Shown one piece after another: positions 21,564 to 34,200 of a stretch of DNA of 64,000 bases (within the stretch, counting starts at the first letter, position 1; each line of letters starts with the position of its first letter). Source of the stretch: Utricularia gibba. Its lineage: Eukaryota; Plantae; Magnoliophyta. A program made the position numbers and the translations under genes. Where the stretch lies: positions 1,984,001 through 2,048,000 of the forward strand of contig NEEC01000007.1 in NCBI GenBank assembly GCA_002189035.1, read 5' to 3'. The notes beneath the pieces were generated by a model. That model was given only the letters and a program-made list of their open reading frames with translations. It searched no databases and was not told the origin of the DNA.

Positions 21564-23450
21564 TCAGTACAGTCTCAGCACACTTCTTGCAATCGGCTGT
21601 GAATTGTTATTTGCCCTCACTTTCCCAATTCCCCTGCTTCTAGTGCTTGTGGGTGGGAAGTAGAATCCCAGAAGCCCGTTGTCGGAAATGTACCTAGCGC
21701 TCCTGTTCTTCTGCAGCACACACTCTTGTCTTCTTATGCTTCCATGGCTGCTCATACCCGGAACTGGGATTGAGTTTCTAGCACCCCCGCGAAATGATCC
21801 ACCGGTGTGATTGCCGTTTCTCCATCTGAGACTGGCGCTTTGGTTCAGTGTTCTTGAGGAATCTGTTCGTGTCATCCTTGGATCGTGCCAAGATGCGGAA
21901 TATGATCGTTCTAATGCATTTGATCTGCTGAATTTCTCCTCATCACCCTCATCTCTACTCCTCCTGTGTATAAACAGCCCCCACAATCTCCTTCTCCATC
22001 CCTTTGATTTTTTCAGATCCTTTTCCTCTCCACTCCTTGATATGGAACTACTACTCTGCCTAGCAAGCTCGAAAGCCTCCGAGCAAGCATACCGTAGGGA
22101 GTTCGAACGCAGATAGTCTCTTGATACTTTTTCCCCCATCATCACTTTAGCGCCACCGTGGAAGTAATCTGCACTCGTCGGAGAAACTTTAGTATTTGAT
22201 GCAACTGGCCTCAGTTCATCAACCTCTGCCACCACTGCTGCAGCGGCTTTCCTCATGGAACTGGATCGATCGAGACTCTTTCTCCGCCTAGACGACGAAT
22301 CAGAGTAGTACTCCCTCGTCTGCGCAGATCCTCCAGGCACGCTCTCTGCCTCATTTTCGACAGGTATCAGCATGTCAGGGCGAGCAATGGGTGGGCGGAT
22401 TGGCGCATCCTCCATAATGGAAAGCGAGGGTGCCATTCTGTTGAAACTCCTACTTGCCAAGTGACCGTCCCAAGAAGCTCGGTGTTCCTCGAATGAGTAT
22501 CTCGGATCATCAATGCAAATTCTGCCAGCATCGAGCGAAAACCTTGGATCTGTGTCGCAAGATCTTCTTCCATAGCCGTAATCAGCTATTTCAGATTGAG
22601 TTTCCCGGTGCTGACGAGAAATCGGCTTCTCCACAGGCAATGCAGTCAATTTGTTTTGTTTCTTGGTTTTCTGCTTCTGCTTTTGTCTCCATTTCTGCCA
22701 TCTCTTGCTGAAAACAGAAGCTGCAGCCCAAATCCCACCTCCGGAATTCCTCTTCTCGGGAATGTTAAACAGATCGATGTGTTCCTTTAGTGGCTTCACA
22801 GTTGAAACTTGTTCCACAAAATCCACTGAACTTGTCAAATTATTCAGAGGGGTTTCTGCAGCAGGCCTTATTTCATCTCCACTATCATCATCAGGCTCAA
22901 GAGCAACGCCCCCCGCAGTTACAGAGTCTCTGAAACTCTCCAAATTTCTCATATTTTGGCAATTTTGGTGGCTTTGGGTAGCATTGGCACCACTCTTGTT
23001 CTCGTCATCGAGAGTAAAGAGAGACCAGAGTGTGTTCCTCACCCTCACATCGCAAGATTTTCTCTGGGGCTCATAACCAAGGCCTAAAGACTCGTTCTTT
23101 GATGCAGAAAACGACTTGGCACGACGCAGCTGAGAGTCAAATGTAGAGAGCTTCGGCGCCTTGGGCAGCGGCGGCAGATGGGAAAGGTAATGCCCCTTGG
23201 CATTCGAAGGGAACAACGACCTAATTGTCCCCACCGCCGCGGCGGACGCAGACGAAGGGCGGCAGGATGAGGAAGGAGTGTTGGAGGAAGAGTTATCCAG
23301 AGACGTAAGACGCTCGCAGAGGCAAGAAGGGCAGAACCCAGTAAACTGCTCCGACGGGTGACGCTCACAGCCGAACGACAACCGCGTAGGCTGCGGCGGC
23401 GGCGGCGGAACCGCAGCTAGGTCTGCAGAAATGGAATTCATAACCGCCAT
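21564..23450 (-). CDS. OPL: OCTOPUS-like / DUF740 protein (628 aa, intronless)
   Basis: CERHPSEQFTGFCPSCLCERL, RKSCDVRVRNTLWSLF, GRRSCDTDPRFSLDAGR, EHRASWDG, DNGLLGFYF...ARSVLRLY. Confidence 0.93.
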   Translation of the reverse strand: MAVMNSISADLAAVPPPPPQPTRLSFGCERHPSEQFTGFCPSCLCERLTSLDNSSSNTPSSSCRPSSASAAAVGTIRSLFPSNAKGHYLSHLPPLPKAPKLSTFDSQLRRAKSFSASKNESLGLGYEPQRKSCDVRVRNTLWSLFTLDDENKSGANATQSHQNCQNMRNLESFRDSVTAGGVALEPDDDSGDEIRPAAETPLNNLTSSVDFVEQVSTVKPLKEHIDLFNIPEKRNSGGGIWAAASVFSKRWQKWRQKQKQKTKKQNKLTALPVEKPISRQHRETQSEIADYGYGRRSCDTDPRFSLDAGRICIDDPRYSFEEHRASWDGHLASRSFNRMAPSLSIMEDAPIRPPIARPDMLIPVENEAESVPGGSAQTREYYSDSSSRRRKSLDRSSSMRKAAAAVVAEVDELRPVASNTKVSPTSADYFHGGAKVMMGEKVSRDYLRSNSLRYACSEAFELARQSSSSISRSGEEKDLKKSKGWRRRLWGLFIHRRSRDEGDEEKFSRSNALERSYSASWHDPRMTRTDSSRTLNQSASLRWRNGNHTGGSFRGGARNSIPVPGMSSHGSIRRQECVLQKNRSARYISDNGLLGFYFPPTSTRSRGIGKVRANNNSQPIARSVLRLY

Positions 23451-25626
23451 TAAAAGGGGATTCCCAATCCACCTCCCCGTTTAATCATGGGCTCAATCAC
23501 CGCGGTGCTGCAATCGACAATGCAATTGCAAAGCACCCGAAGCGTCCGCGTGCTTGCTCTACGGCCGACCGAGCGACGGAGGCAAACGGAAACGGGTGAA
23601 GCGAACGGAGAAGCAAAAAAATGGACATTTATTTCTCCATCTTCACCTTTTTCCCACCATGCCCTTGTCTTCTTCTGCCACTCCTCACTCACTCACACCT
23701 GTTTTATCTCCATTAAGGCAAAAAACACAGATTTGGTAAAGCTGTCGTGTTGGTAATAACTTATATTATTTTATTCTCCATATAATAAAATCACCCCCCA
23801 AATTGTTCAATCACACATTGTTATATTACTTTAAATTTAAAATTTAAAAAAAAATCGAAAAAGGTAGAGATTAAAGTTAAAGAAATTCATCCATCCTCTT
23901 TAGATTTTTTCACCTTTGCGCCCAACCCCTCTTTTTTCATGATTGCGCTTTTATGCCCAGACAAACTCTTGGCTTCCTTATTTATACAACGCTGCGGCGC
24001 ACATCGACGGAGACATCGAAAGGGACGTGCGACAATGTTTCATCCGCCTTGTAATGACACCCATGTCTCTGCCCCTCCTCCCCTTCTTTATAAGGACAAC
24101 AAAATCAATCATCTTTACACATCATATGTACACGTAAATTTCAAGTATATAAAAAAGATTAGATATAATCGATTACTAGTAATTTATAATAATTTAATAA
24201 ATTTATATGAATTAAGCGTGGGTGAGGAAACATGCGTCCACATTCTCCGGGGAGTGTATTGGCGAGGTGGTGTTTGTAATAAAGCGGTAGCGCAGTCGGG
24301 ATTTCCGAGATTGTGTGTCGGAGAGGAAAAGCAAAAGGTGGCCCGGCCCGGGGCGGCGGCCGCTTCCTTGTTCGATCGCTTTCCCTGGCTCCGGTGACTC
24401 AGCAACCTGTCGCGCTAAAAATCTAACATGCGTCTTAGGTAACTGGTCTCCACTCCACTCCACTGCCTAAATAATGCCTTGCTTGTGTTATTGCAAAATG
24501 GCCCTCCCATGGGACCGACCGCGCTGTGAATTCGTGCCTGCGGACGGACATTGATCTCCTCCTGATTGTGAAATTGCATCGCCGGAGGCGTACGGGCGCA
24601 CACACCCCATGTGGACCTTGACACCAAGTAATTTTAGGGCCTCCTCCTTCATCATCATCTTTATAGTAACCTTGTCATCGATCCAACGGTCCCGATCTCC
24701 TGCCCAATCACTGCCTTAAATTCAAGCTTGTTAGGGTTGGAAATACGAGACCAAGCGGTGTAAAATTGTAAACCAAGACAAGAATGCTTTGCTACCTTTT
24801 TGTTTAAAAAAAAAAAAAGTATTTCAAGGTTTATATTTATTTATTTAAAATAAAACTTATACACGTGTTTATCTAATATTTTTAAATTTATCTATGAATG
24901 TATTTTAAAGTTTGAATTAATAAATTGTATTTTATTTTAAAGCGTATGATTTAAATTTTAAATAAACTACCAAATGCATCCATAAATTTCAACTTTCAAC
25001 ACGCTATTTATTAAAAAAATTTAACAAGAAAGTAAGCTCAATAAATCTTATATATTTATGGGAGAAACCACATTTATTTGAACATTTAAAGATGTATTTG
25101 AATATGAATAGCTATTAATGCACGTGATTGAAATTGAAAATTTGTAACTTTTCAATTATCTAATTATTTAAAAAAATAGCTAAATCATTTAATTTATATA
25201 GTGGATTCGCAAATATGTGACAAGTTATCCTCGAGTGTCCGTCCTTCCACCCATCGCCGCCGTCTCCGGCCTCTGCGTCTCACAGTCCGGTGCGGCCGCG
25301 CGTGGTGGCCACATCTCCAGACACTCAATGCCCGGTAAGTCTTCCTTGTATCCAGGTGAAGATTTAATCTGTTCATAAAATGCGTCATCATCTTAGACAG
25401 AGGGAAACGATGCTCGGATCCTTTTTTTTGTTATTTAAATAGAAAAGAAAATTATTTTCAATATCCATATTTACCTTTTCCGTACATGGCACATTATAAT
25501 TTCAAATTGGGGAGCCATAGCCTTTAATTACTAGTAATTACCAAACAAGTGATGATGTTAAGGTGCATTTGCAAATTGCATAGTTTTAGGGGTGGAAAAA
25601 TGTAAGCAGTGACGAACACAAAAGTG

Positions 25627-25726
25627 GCATCGGGCTCGTGGCTTCCCAAATGACAATTTTTATATTCCTAAACCCTAATTATAACCTCCTCTAATTAGTA
25701 TCTCCTGCATCGCGCTCGTGGCTTCC
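25627..25726 (+). repeat. 20-bp direct repeat (19/20 identical) upstream of the MYB gene
   Basis: gcatcgggctcgtggcttcc 25627-25646 and gcatcgcgctcgtggcttcc 25707-25726. Confidence 0.8.
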
Positions 25727-26601
25727 ACGTTTTTTTTTCTAATAATTTAATTTCCAATCATTGCTTCTGCTTGTTTAATATTAAATTCTTAAAAATGAAT
25801 TAATTAGGAGAGCGTCGGGTTTTCTTCTTATTTTTAAAATATTTTTATTGATTTGAATTACAAAATTGATGTATTTGATAACAAAATTAGTTATATAACA
25901 TAACAAAAAATGCTTCAAATGCAAACCTCGTATTTGGTCGGCCTTTTCGTTTCCGTACAAGATGGAAAATATTATTAAAGGCAAGTATTTGAACCCATGA
26001 TGTGTTTTTAATGGTAGCAGGTTTCAGGTTTATAATTAGTCTAATAAATCAAGTATTAGCATCTATAATTAGCAAGTGACCTCCACGTAACGACTTGGCC
26101 ACCTCGGCTCTAGTGAATTAGGATCCCAGGGGACTATCCTATTACTTTCTAGTAACATTAGGAATTTTTTTTCCTTTTTTTTTGTAGAAAACTATATATA
26201 TTGCGAAAAAAAATTCAAAATAAATATCAGGTCCCTAGTATTATGAGGATTATAGATTTGTTAATCGAAAAAGTATATATTTTATTCACTCGGTCTCCGT
26301 CCAATCTCAAAAGGTCGTTCATGAGGGGGTCTCCTATTTGGGATCATTTACAAAAGCGATTAATTTATCACTCTTTCCCATATATTCAATTAAAAATTTT
26401 TAATTAAAGATAGTCATTTTTTTACACATTTTATCAAGGATGTCCAGATTTAGACTGCGTATGGTCGTATTTGACATTCCAGGTGCGGCCTGCTCTCTAT
26501 CGCACATCTTTGATATTTAGTATAATGTAGGACAAGAGCTCCGACATGCGCTATAAAATGGGGCGTCTCTTCAGTCTCGGCTACTTCCTCGAACAGGGTT
26601 C

Positions 26602-27619
26602 ATGGGTAGATCCCCTTGCTGCGACAAGAGTGGCCTGAAGCAGGGCCAGTGGACGGCGGAAGAAGACGAGAAGCTGATCCAGTGGATTCAGGCGAATGGC
26701 CCCGGAAACTGGCGAAGCGTTCCCAAAAAAGCCGGTACGTTGTTCCATTTCATCCAATATTACGATGGCCTGGGGCATCCCAATTCCGAATCCTGCCGTT
26801 CCAGGGCTTCGGAGGTGCGGGAAGAGTTGCCGACTCCGGTGGACGAATTACCTGAGGCCGGATATCAAGAGGGGGAGGTTCACTTTCGAGGAAGAAGAGG
26901 CCCTCATCCACCTTCACAGCATTCTCGGAAACAAGTGAGATAAGAGTACCTGGGCAGTAGCGAAAAGTTGTCGTAGTTTTCCATGTGAGATGATGCGCCC
27001 TGAAGCTAGAGCTCTTATCATCAGGTGGGCTGCAATCGCGGCTCGTTTGCCGGGAAGAACGGACAATGAGATCAAGAACTACTGGAACACCTCGATCAAG
27101 AAGAAGCTGATGAAGACAGGTATTGATCCTGTGACGCACGCACCCCGTCTGGATTATCTCCTGGGATTCATTAACAAGTCGAGCCTGGTTCATCTCTTGG
27201 ATCCTCTAGCTCTGCAACTCAAGCTTGCAATGAGCCTCTTGACACCTGCTACTGAAATCGCCACCCCTTTCTTGTGGCAAAAACTGCTTGAAAAAGAGTT
27301 GGAGTTGGTTGCTCCTTATGCAAAACCCCAGACCACCCTTCCTGAAGCACATGCCTGTTTGAATAACCACCCCTCTTCATTCCAAGGGTTTTCCTTCATC
27401 AACAACACCTTTCAAGATAACAATTTTACTGAGCCTGATGTGTATGGTTCCATGTTGCCCGTAAATTCAAGCATCTGCAACGATGGTTTCCGGAGCATGA
27501 GGTTTGATGACTCGAGTGCCATGTACCCTGGTGGAGCCGCTGAAGAGGGAGAGACACCTTGGGGGATTGAAATACCAGAAGGCCTGAACCTGGATGAACT
27601 CATGCACGCAAACCAGTAA
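26602..27619 (+). CDS. R2R3-MYB transcription factor (GIDPVTHxPRLD motif; MYB41/74/102-like or related subgroup)
   Basis: Exons 26602-26734 (133 nt), 26805-26934 (130 nt), 27025-27619, the canonical R2R3 layout. MGRSPCC...[21 protein letters not shown]...[17 protein letters not shown] ctataaaa at 26551. Confidence 0.95.
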
Positions 27620-27850
27620 TCTTCACAGTGGAAAGTTTTCTATTGTTATACGTCTACAAGTTGTTGTTTGTAAAAAAGAAAAATCACCTGTGAAGATACT
27701 GGTTTTATTTTGGGAAGGCGGAGATGGAGATGGCTTACTTGGGAGGATCAGTAAGTAGCATTTACTTGTTGCCAAGGGGAAAAAACACCGGAAACCAGTC
27801 CAACAACAGAACACAGGAATCCGTGATCACATTTTCAAATACTGCCTGAG

Positions 27851-29513
27851 TTAAACAAGTAAATCGTAGTGATTTTTTCCGGAGAAGAGTAGTCTCACAA
27901 TCTTTGCAGGGTTTCCCAGTTTCCAGGCTTTCCGGAACTCTGTTCCATATTCCTGAATAGGTATGAAACCAGATCCCACTCTTCCGCCATACTGCAAGCT
28001 CAACAACTAAGTCAGTTGCAGCGAAAATGAAGAAGAGAAGTTCTAGGCACACATATAATGCACGAATAAGGAAAGCTCACCTCGTTTGCAGGAATGTACA
28101 CAACTATTGTCTGGCGACACAACTTCGATAACACCTATGATATGAACACCTATGACAGATCAGCAACAACTACGAAAGGAGAAAGCTAGAGACTTTTTAG
28201 TAACCATGCTTATTAGTAATCAATGACGCCTCGTAATATTCGTTTTTTTGGAAAAGCAAAAAGTCAACTTTTCAAACTCAAAATACACAATGAATCGAGA
28301 CACACCAGAAATTCTAAAAATGCGAAGATGCACAGGAGATACAATGCCTTAATAAGGAGAAGGAAAACAGCAGGAAGATTAAAATCGCAAGATGTAAAGA
28401 AGGTATGAATAAGCATTACCAGAAGCTCAGATTCTCCACCCCAAAAATTTGCCTTGCTAATGCGCTTGCAGTATCTGCAGTGAAAGATTCGTTCAATTTA
28501 TCAAATATCCCTGAGAAAGACTACATCACTCTCCTGAAAAATTCAAGGCTTAACTGCTTTAGAGGTTGCTCCACTTCTATTGCCATTAGCGCCTCTTGAT
28601 ACTCGCCACGCTCTGTTTTACTGTCGCATATAATTTCCTTGACAGCCATCCTCAATTCATCTGGGATAAGATTAAAAATGTGAACTTCGAATCCATTAGC
28701 ATGAACACAACGCTCTGCTAAGTACACAGACCTGCATTCGATGTTTCTTCACGAGCACTGAGTTTTATTCCCTTGTTGTGTGCCATTCCCTTCACCTGAT
28801 CCAAACCAAAAACTCATAATTACAGACAAGGCAATAAGATTAAAACATGAACATGGTGAATTCCGATCCCAAGGGTAGCGCAAGGTCTCGTATGCCACAT
28901 TTTTTGATGACTGAGCTCTAACATTCGGTGCATATAGTTGATATATATGCTCAGATTTACTATAAATGGGGTACTCAAAATTTCCACATTTTTTTATCAA
29001 CCATATCTCTAACAAAATCCCAAAAATATGTAATTGCAGACAGGCCTATTTGGTGCACACCAGAGCACGGAAAAGGCATCGCCCATCTCCAGTAACCTTC
29101 CGAACGGAATATACCTCAGCCCTCTTCTTTGTCGGAGAGCCACGAGTGCTAGAACAAGAACAGATTTTTAAGCACAATTTTCAACCCCCATTTCGCATAA
29201 CAAGAGCAGATTTTTAAACACAGAGCAACACTCACATAGACGGCCCGATGCGCGCGAAGAATTCAACCCGTGGATTGTTCACGGAAGCGAAAACCGGAGA
29301 TATTGAAGGGGAATGAGTCATAATAAAGGGAACGGGAGAAGGAGCGACTTCGAAAGTGGCATCACCATTCCTGAGTAGCCGGAGGATAACATCTGAATCA
29401 AAAAGAGATCTTGAGTAGAATAAAAGAAGTGCAGTGCAACAATCAGCATAGGCAATTCGGAAGAATCGATGTTTGAACAACAGAAGAAACTAACCATTTG
29501 AAACTCCAGCCAT
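27851..29513 (-). CDS. OTU3: OTU-domain deubiquitinase, OTU3-like
   Basis: Eight exons: 29513-29495, 29392-29236, 29148-29061, 28795-28732, 28660-28555, 28474-28420, 28134-28081, 27991-27851, in phase. Catalytic GDGRCLFRAL, FWGGESEL and terminal NHYDLLV*. Confidence 0.92.
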
Positions 29514-29967
29514 CGTCACCCTCTTCGCCTAGCCACCACTGTAACTTTGGGATTTTTTTTTTTTTTTTTGTGCAGTGTTTTATCAAAACGAGTTCATTAT
29601 AAAACATTATTTATATATCGCATCACATATTCACATATGTTTGTTTATAAAGCGGATGGGTTCGAAGTAAATATGCAGTTCAGCACTAATCTATAGTTGA
29701 ATATGAATAAGGCCAGGTAAATAGTCATAACATGAATGATTTCATTAAGCTGCATAGCACTCTCGCTGCAGAAGAATTTTAAAACAGTAATTGATTGTGA
29801 AGAACTGTTTCATTGTACCACTATGAAGTGTCACAACATAGATGAATGACAACATGATGAATGTAGTGAATCAAAGGAAAACCTCTTTCTCTATGTATAT
29901 AAAACCGCAATCTATCAGATATAAAGTAGAAGCAATGTTATGAGGATACCATCCCATACCGAAATGG

Positions 29968-31048
29968 TCAAGTAGAACAGCAGCCTTTCTTCGTGGCACC
30001 TGCAGATGATGCACTCACATTTATGGGAGTACCCTGACCAGGAACCCCAGTAGATGCAGACGCTTCTTGGGCTGCCAATGCTTTCTTACTAACAACATGG
30101 TATATTTCTGTCAAAATAGTTCTGAACGCGTGTTCAACGTTATGTGAATCTAAAGCCGACGTCTCAAGGAAAGACAGCTCTTCCTTTTCTGCCAGTTTTT
30201 GGCCATCTTCTTCATTGACTGCCCTCAGATGGCTGAGATCACATTTGTTTCCAGCCATCATTATGACAATGTTAGAATCCGCATGATCTCTCAACTCACG
30301 GAGCCATCTTTGGACATTGTCAAATGTCTGCCTTTTCGTGATGTCGTAAACAAGAAATGCACCTACTGCTCCGCGATAATATGCACTAGTGATAGCACGA
30401 TACCTTTCTTGGCCTGCCGTGTCCCATATCTGAGCCTTGACGGTCTTCCCTTCAATCTGCATCACATGCCCCCGGAAGTTAAATTTCTCAACTGTTAGCA
30501 AAGGAGCATCAATGTAAAACACGGCTCTGGTCTGTTTGGCAGCCGCAAAATGGTAATGAGAAACTTCTAACATACCAAGGTTAATGTAAACTCAACCTCC
30601 AAAATCAGTTCAAATACATACAAAGAGCAAATGCATCTTAATACCCTGGTGCAATAAATCGAGATGGCTTAAAGTGTACCAGACACGAATACAAAAAGTC
30701 AGCTTTGGTTTAAAATTTAGCAAGCGGATACATATATTCAGCTCCACAAGTCAAAACGCAGGTTAACAGCTTGATTAATCAAAAACTCTTCACGCCCTCT
30801 TACAACATCTACAAACATGTGAAGCTCAAAACAAAAAGCCATCCACCCAGTGAAAACCATTAAGCAACAAAATTTCGAGAAACCTGGAGTGTCCTGGTGG
30901 CGAATTCGACACCGATGGTCGATTTCGACTCCAAACAGAACTCATTTCTTGTAAAACGCGAAAGAATATTTGATTTCCCCACGCCAGAGTCACCGATCAA
31001 CACGATCTTGAACAGATAATCATACTCGTGATCCACTCTACCCGCCAT
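29968..31048 (-). CDS. RABA2: Rab11-family GTPase, RabA2
   Basis: Exons 31048-30884 and 30456-29968. [32 protein letters not shown]-terminal CCST. Confidence 0.97.
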
Positions 31049-31896
31049 CACTCTCTACCTTATCTTTTACCTCTTTCTTTTCGTATTCCAACTTCCTCGC
31101 ATAATAAACAAAAGCCGCTACGAAACATCCAATAGATCCACAAACAACCAGATCTATACAATAAGATCCAAACAAACAAACAAACCGACGAATCAGAAAA
31201 CAGAGAGCAGGAACTACCGTATGGTAAAATCCGGCGCCGGCAAAATCAAGAAACCGGGAAAAAATTTCCCAACTCGAAAGTCCCGGACGGGTCACTTTGG
31301 TGTTTGGTGTCCCTCTCTTTTATCAAAATTTAAAACTATAAAAATAGTAAACATAACTTATTTGAAAAATAAATACGAAGATACGCGGCGTAAAGTATAA
31401 AAAGCATAGAAAGAGAAATATAAATTATTTTTATTATTATAGTCTATGCTTTTACACCTTATTTCAATTTCATTTTAAATTTAAAAACGCATATAAACAC
31501 GTTTGATATTTTTATATATTTATTATGGATTTAGTATGTTAATCTATTTGTTCTTAACAATTTTTTGAAATAAAAAATTCATCAAATTGCAAATCCATCG
31601 GTTATTAGTTATTTTTTTCAATTAAAAATTTCAAATTAGTGCAAAATGTTTAAAATCTAAAGATTAAAAATTGAGATTTTGAATTTTATTAAAAATAATA
31701 AAATTATTTTTACAAAATTCGACCACTCTCTTCCCCAAAAGTAGAAATTCGAACCTTGTTCCTTCTCTCTGCTTATGTGGGCCCCACCAACTCAACGAAT
31801 CTTTCGATAAGCTCCTTTTTTTTTATCTCCCTCGCACGACAGTGGAATCCTTTCCAGATTCCTTCCCCTTCCTGCTGCGTCGGACTCTTCCCGAAG

Positions 31897-32870
31897 ATGG
31901 CCCAAGGAAAGCAGCGCTTGCTTTACGTTGATTTGTTCAAAACCTCTTGGAAGAACCCCGCACCAGAATCCCAGACATCTCGCTGGACCTCCACCGGCGA
32001 CGGGGATTTCATCGATCACTTGACTCGCCAAATGACCGAGACTATGCTACGAGAAGATCAAGATGAACCGATTCCGGACCGAAAGGTGAAACCCAAACTT
32101 TAAATCCCCGTTTGTTTCTTTTTTGTTTTCGAATTTTTCGTGATTATTTTCACTCTTCAGGCCGGGAAGAATTGCCCTTCTTCTCCGGAGCAAGCAGCTT
32201 TACTCCAGGTTCAAGCATTAAGGATCTGTACTTGTTTCAATTTTATCAGAAGTTATCCGAGTATTTAGCAGCAAACCTTTAAACCCAGATGAGAAACCAA
32301 CCCCCAATCGTCCACCGTAGCGGGAAGCGCCGTGGAGGCAACTCCGGGAAGCATTGGCAAACCGGGTCGGGTACGCGGGCCGTGTTTTTACAGGTCCCCG
32401 GTAACGCCTCTTCTGGAACTGGAGTTTTTCTTCCTCGAGTAGACACAACCTCAGTTCAACTCGCGAAGAATACAGGTAAACTAACACCAAGATAATAATT
32501 ACCATTATTATAATACAATGTCCCTATGCTATCTTCAATTTAAAAACTTAAGTTGCCCTAATCACGGCTCCCACCCGAACCCATCTAAGCCATCAACAAC
32601 GCAGGGTGCTCGACAGTTTCGATTCCGAACAGAGTGCTGGAGATTCTGGAACTGCATCACAACAGGAGGCTCTCGTCACCTTGGCGTGTTGGGCTCCGTG
32701 GGCAAGGTGCGGTAATGTGGATTAGCTTCGTCCCCTCTTTCGTCTCAACTGCTAACTCTACACCCGTGATTTTGGCAGACCATCAGTCTCCGGGATCGCG
32801 CGGCGGCTCCGGGAGAGACGAGGGGGACGATGAAATGCTGTCCCAACTGCCACGGGAATGGACGTACTGA
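31897..32870 (+). CDS. Uncharacterised plant protein of the family ending LPxEWTY (shortened member, about 205 aa)
   Basis: Exons 31897-32085, 32161-32208, 32289-32475, 32605-32706, 32779-32870, in phase. Family motifs DFIDHLTRQMT, GSGTRAVFL..SSGTGVFLPR, GCSTVSIPNRVLEIL, LPREWTY*. The exon 2/3 boundary is less certain. Confidence 0.75.
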
Positions 32871-33129
32871 GAAGGGCTGGACGCGAACAGGAGGAAACGG
32901 AAGGGGGTGCCGGATATTCCCAAATCGGGCCATTCCTCCTCCTGATTCGCGGAGTGGGTGAAGAGCGGTTACCGACCGTTGAAAAGAATAATGTGGCACG
33001 TGGGAATTGCAATAATTCATTTGTGGCCGTCGGATCCTGTTCGACTCTGCCTGCAAGTTTGCCGTAGGGCATGTCTTGTGTTGGGAATAAAAATAAATGA
33101 TTAATCGGTTCAAAAATAAAGTTACAAAA

Positions 33130-33260
33130 TGACGTCATAACAACGTGTGCATTTTACAAAACTGGAAATAGGACGCGTGCGTGAGCTGCATTTCTCAAGC
33201 GCGTGGGCGGGCGTAGTTGCGTCTAGACACGTCTTTCTTCGTGTGAGCTCAGCATGCATG
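33130..33260. promoter_or_regulatory. Dense orphan cis-element cluster (C-box, ABRE, CGCG, RY)
   Basis: TGACGTCA 33130, AACGTGTG 33142, ACGCGTG 33173, GCGCGTG 33199, GACACGT 33226, CATGCATG 33253. Confidence 0.4.
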
Positions 33261-34200
33261 TGGGATGCTAATCGCCTACCCAATCAAGCGAGGCCGGCAG
33301 GGATAATTAAAATAAATAAATTTGAAAAATATTTTAAAATTAATTCTATTATCGAACATAAATACTAAAAAAAGATTAAAAATAGTGTTCTGGAAAATTT
33401 TTAAAATTTATTTTTATTTTTTAGAAATAAAAATAATTTTATTCTAAAATAACTTTAATTGTAAAAATAATTTTATCAAAAATACTTTTAAAATTATATT
33501 ATAAAAGTTATTTTTTAAAAAAAATAAGGAATTGATTAATTTTACTTTTTGAAGCATGTTTCAAAAATTTTTCAAAACAATGCTTAAGTTCTGTTATTTT
33601 CAATTTTGATACTCTCCTTTTGGGAAATAATTTCAAATGAATAGAATCAAACATAATCTTGATTTTTTGGGAAATCTAGAATGTCCAAATAACTTGGCAG
33701 AGAGCTTCAGCGTCGGTGCGCCACATGAAATGCAGGATCAGGACTGAGTTTGATGACACTGAAGAAACATGTAGCAGAGCTTCGATTCCCATCGATGGTT
33801 TCCTACATGTTCATTGAAATGTAAGAAACTGCAACAGCCGGACCCCTGAATCCCATGTGAATTACAAGACAGTTGATGCTTTTGTGGGAGGCAATACATA
33901 TCCAAAAATTTGCAAGTTCCCAGTTCGTATTTGTGTTCGTCTGATCCATCAGAATTCTTAATTTCGGTAAACATAAAAATGCAAGATCACCCTGTTTGTT
34001 CCATGATCCTTGAAAAAAGAGGAACCCGACAAGACAATTCTTTTTCAAGTGCATTAGATCAGTGTAATACGCCCCCATGTTCAGAAAGAATCACGAAAGT
34101 GTAAATGCATAGAACTAGAAGGTAAAACCAAAAAGGGACTCAAGTATAAGAGTACAATACCTTTGTTCCCACTCCAGCAGAAGGTAAGTGAGGTCTTCGA

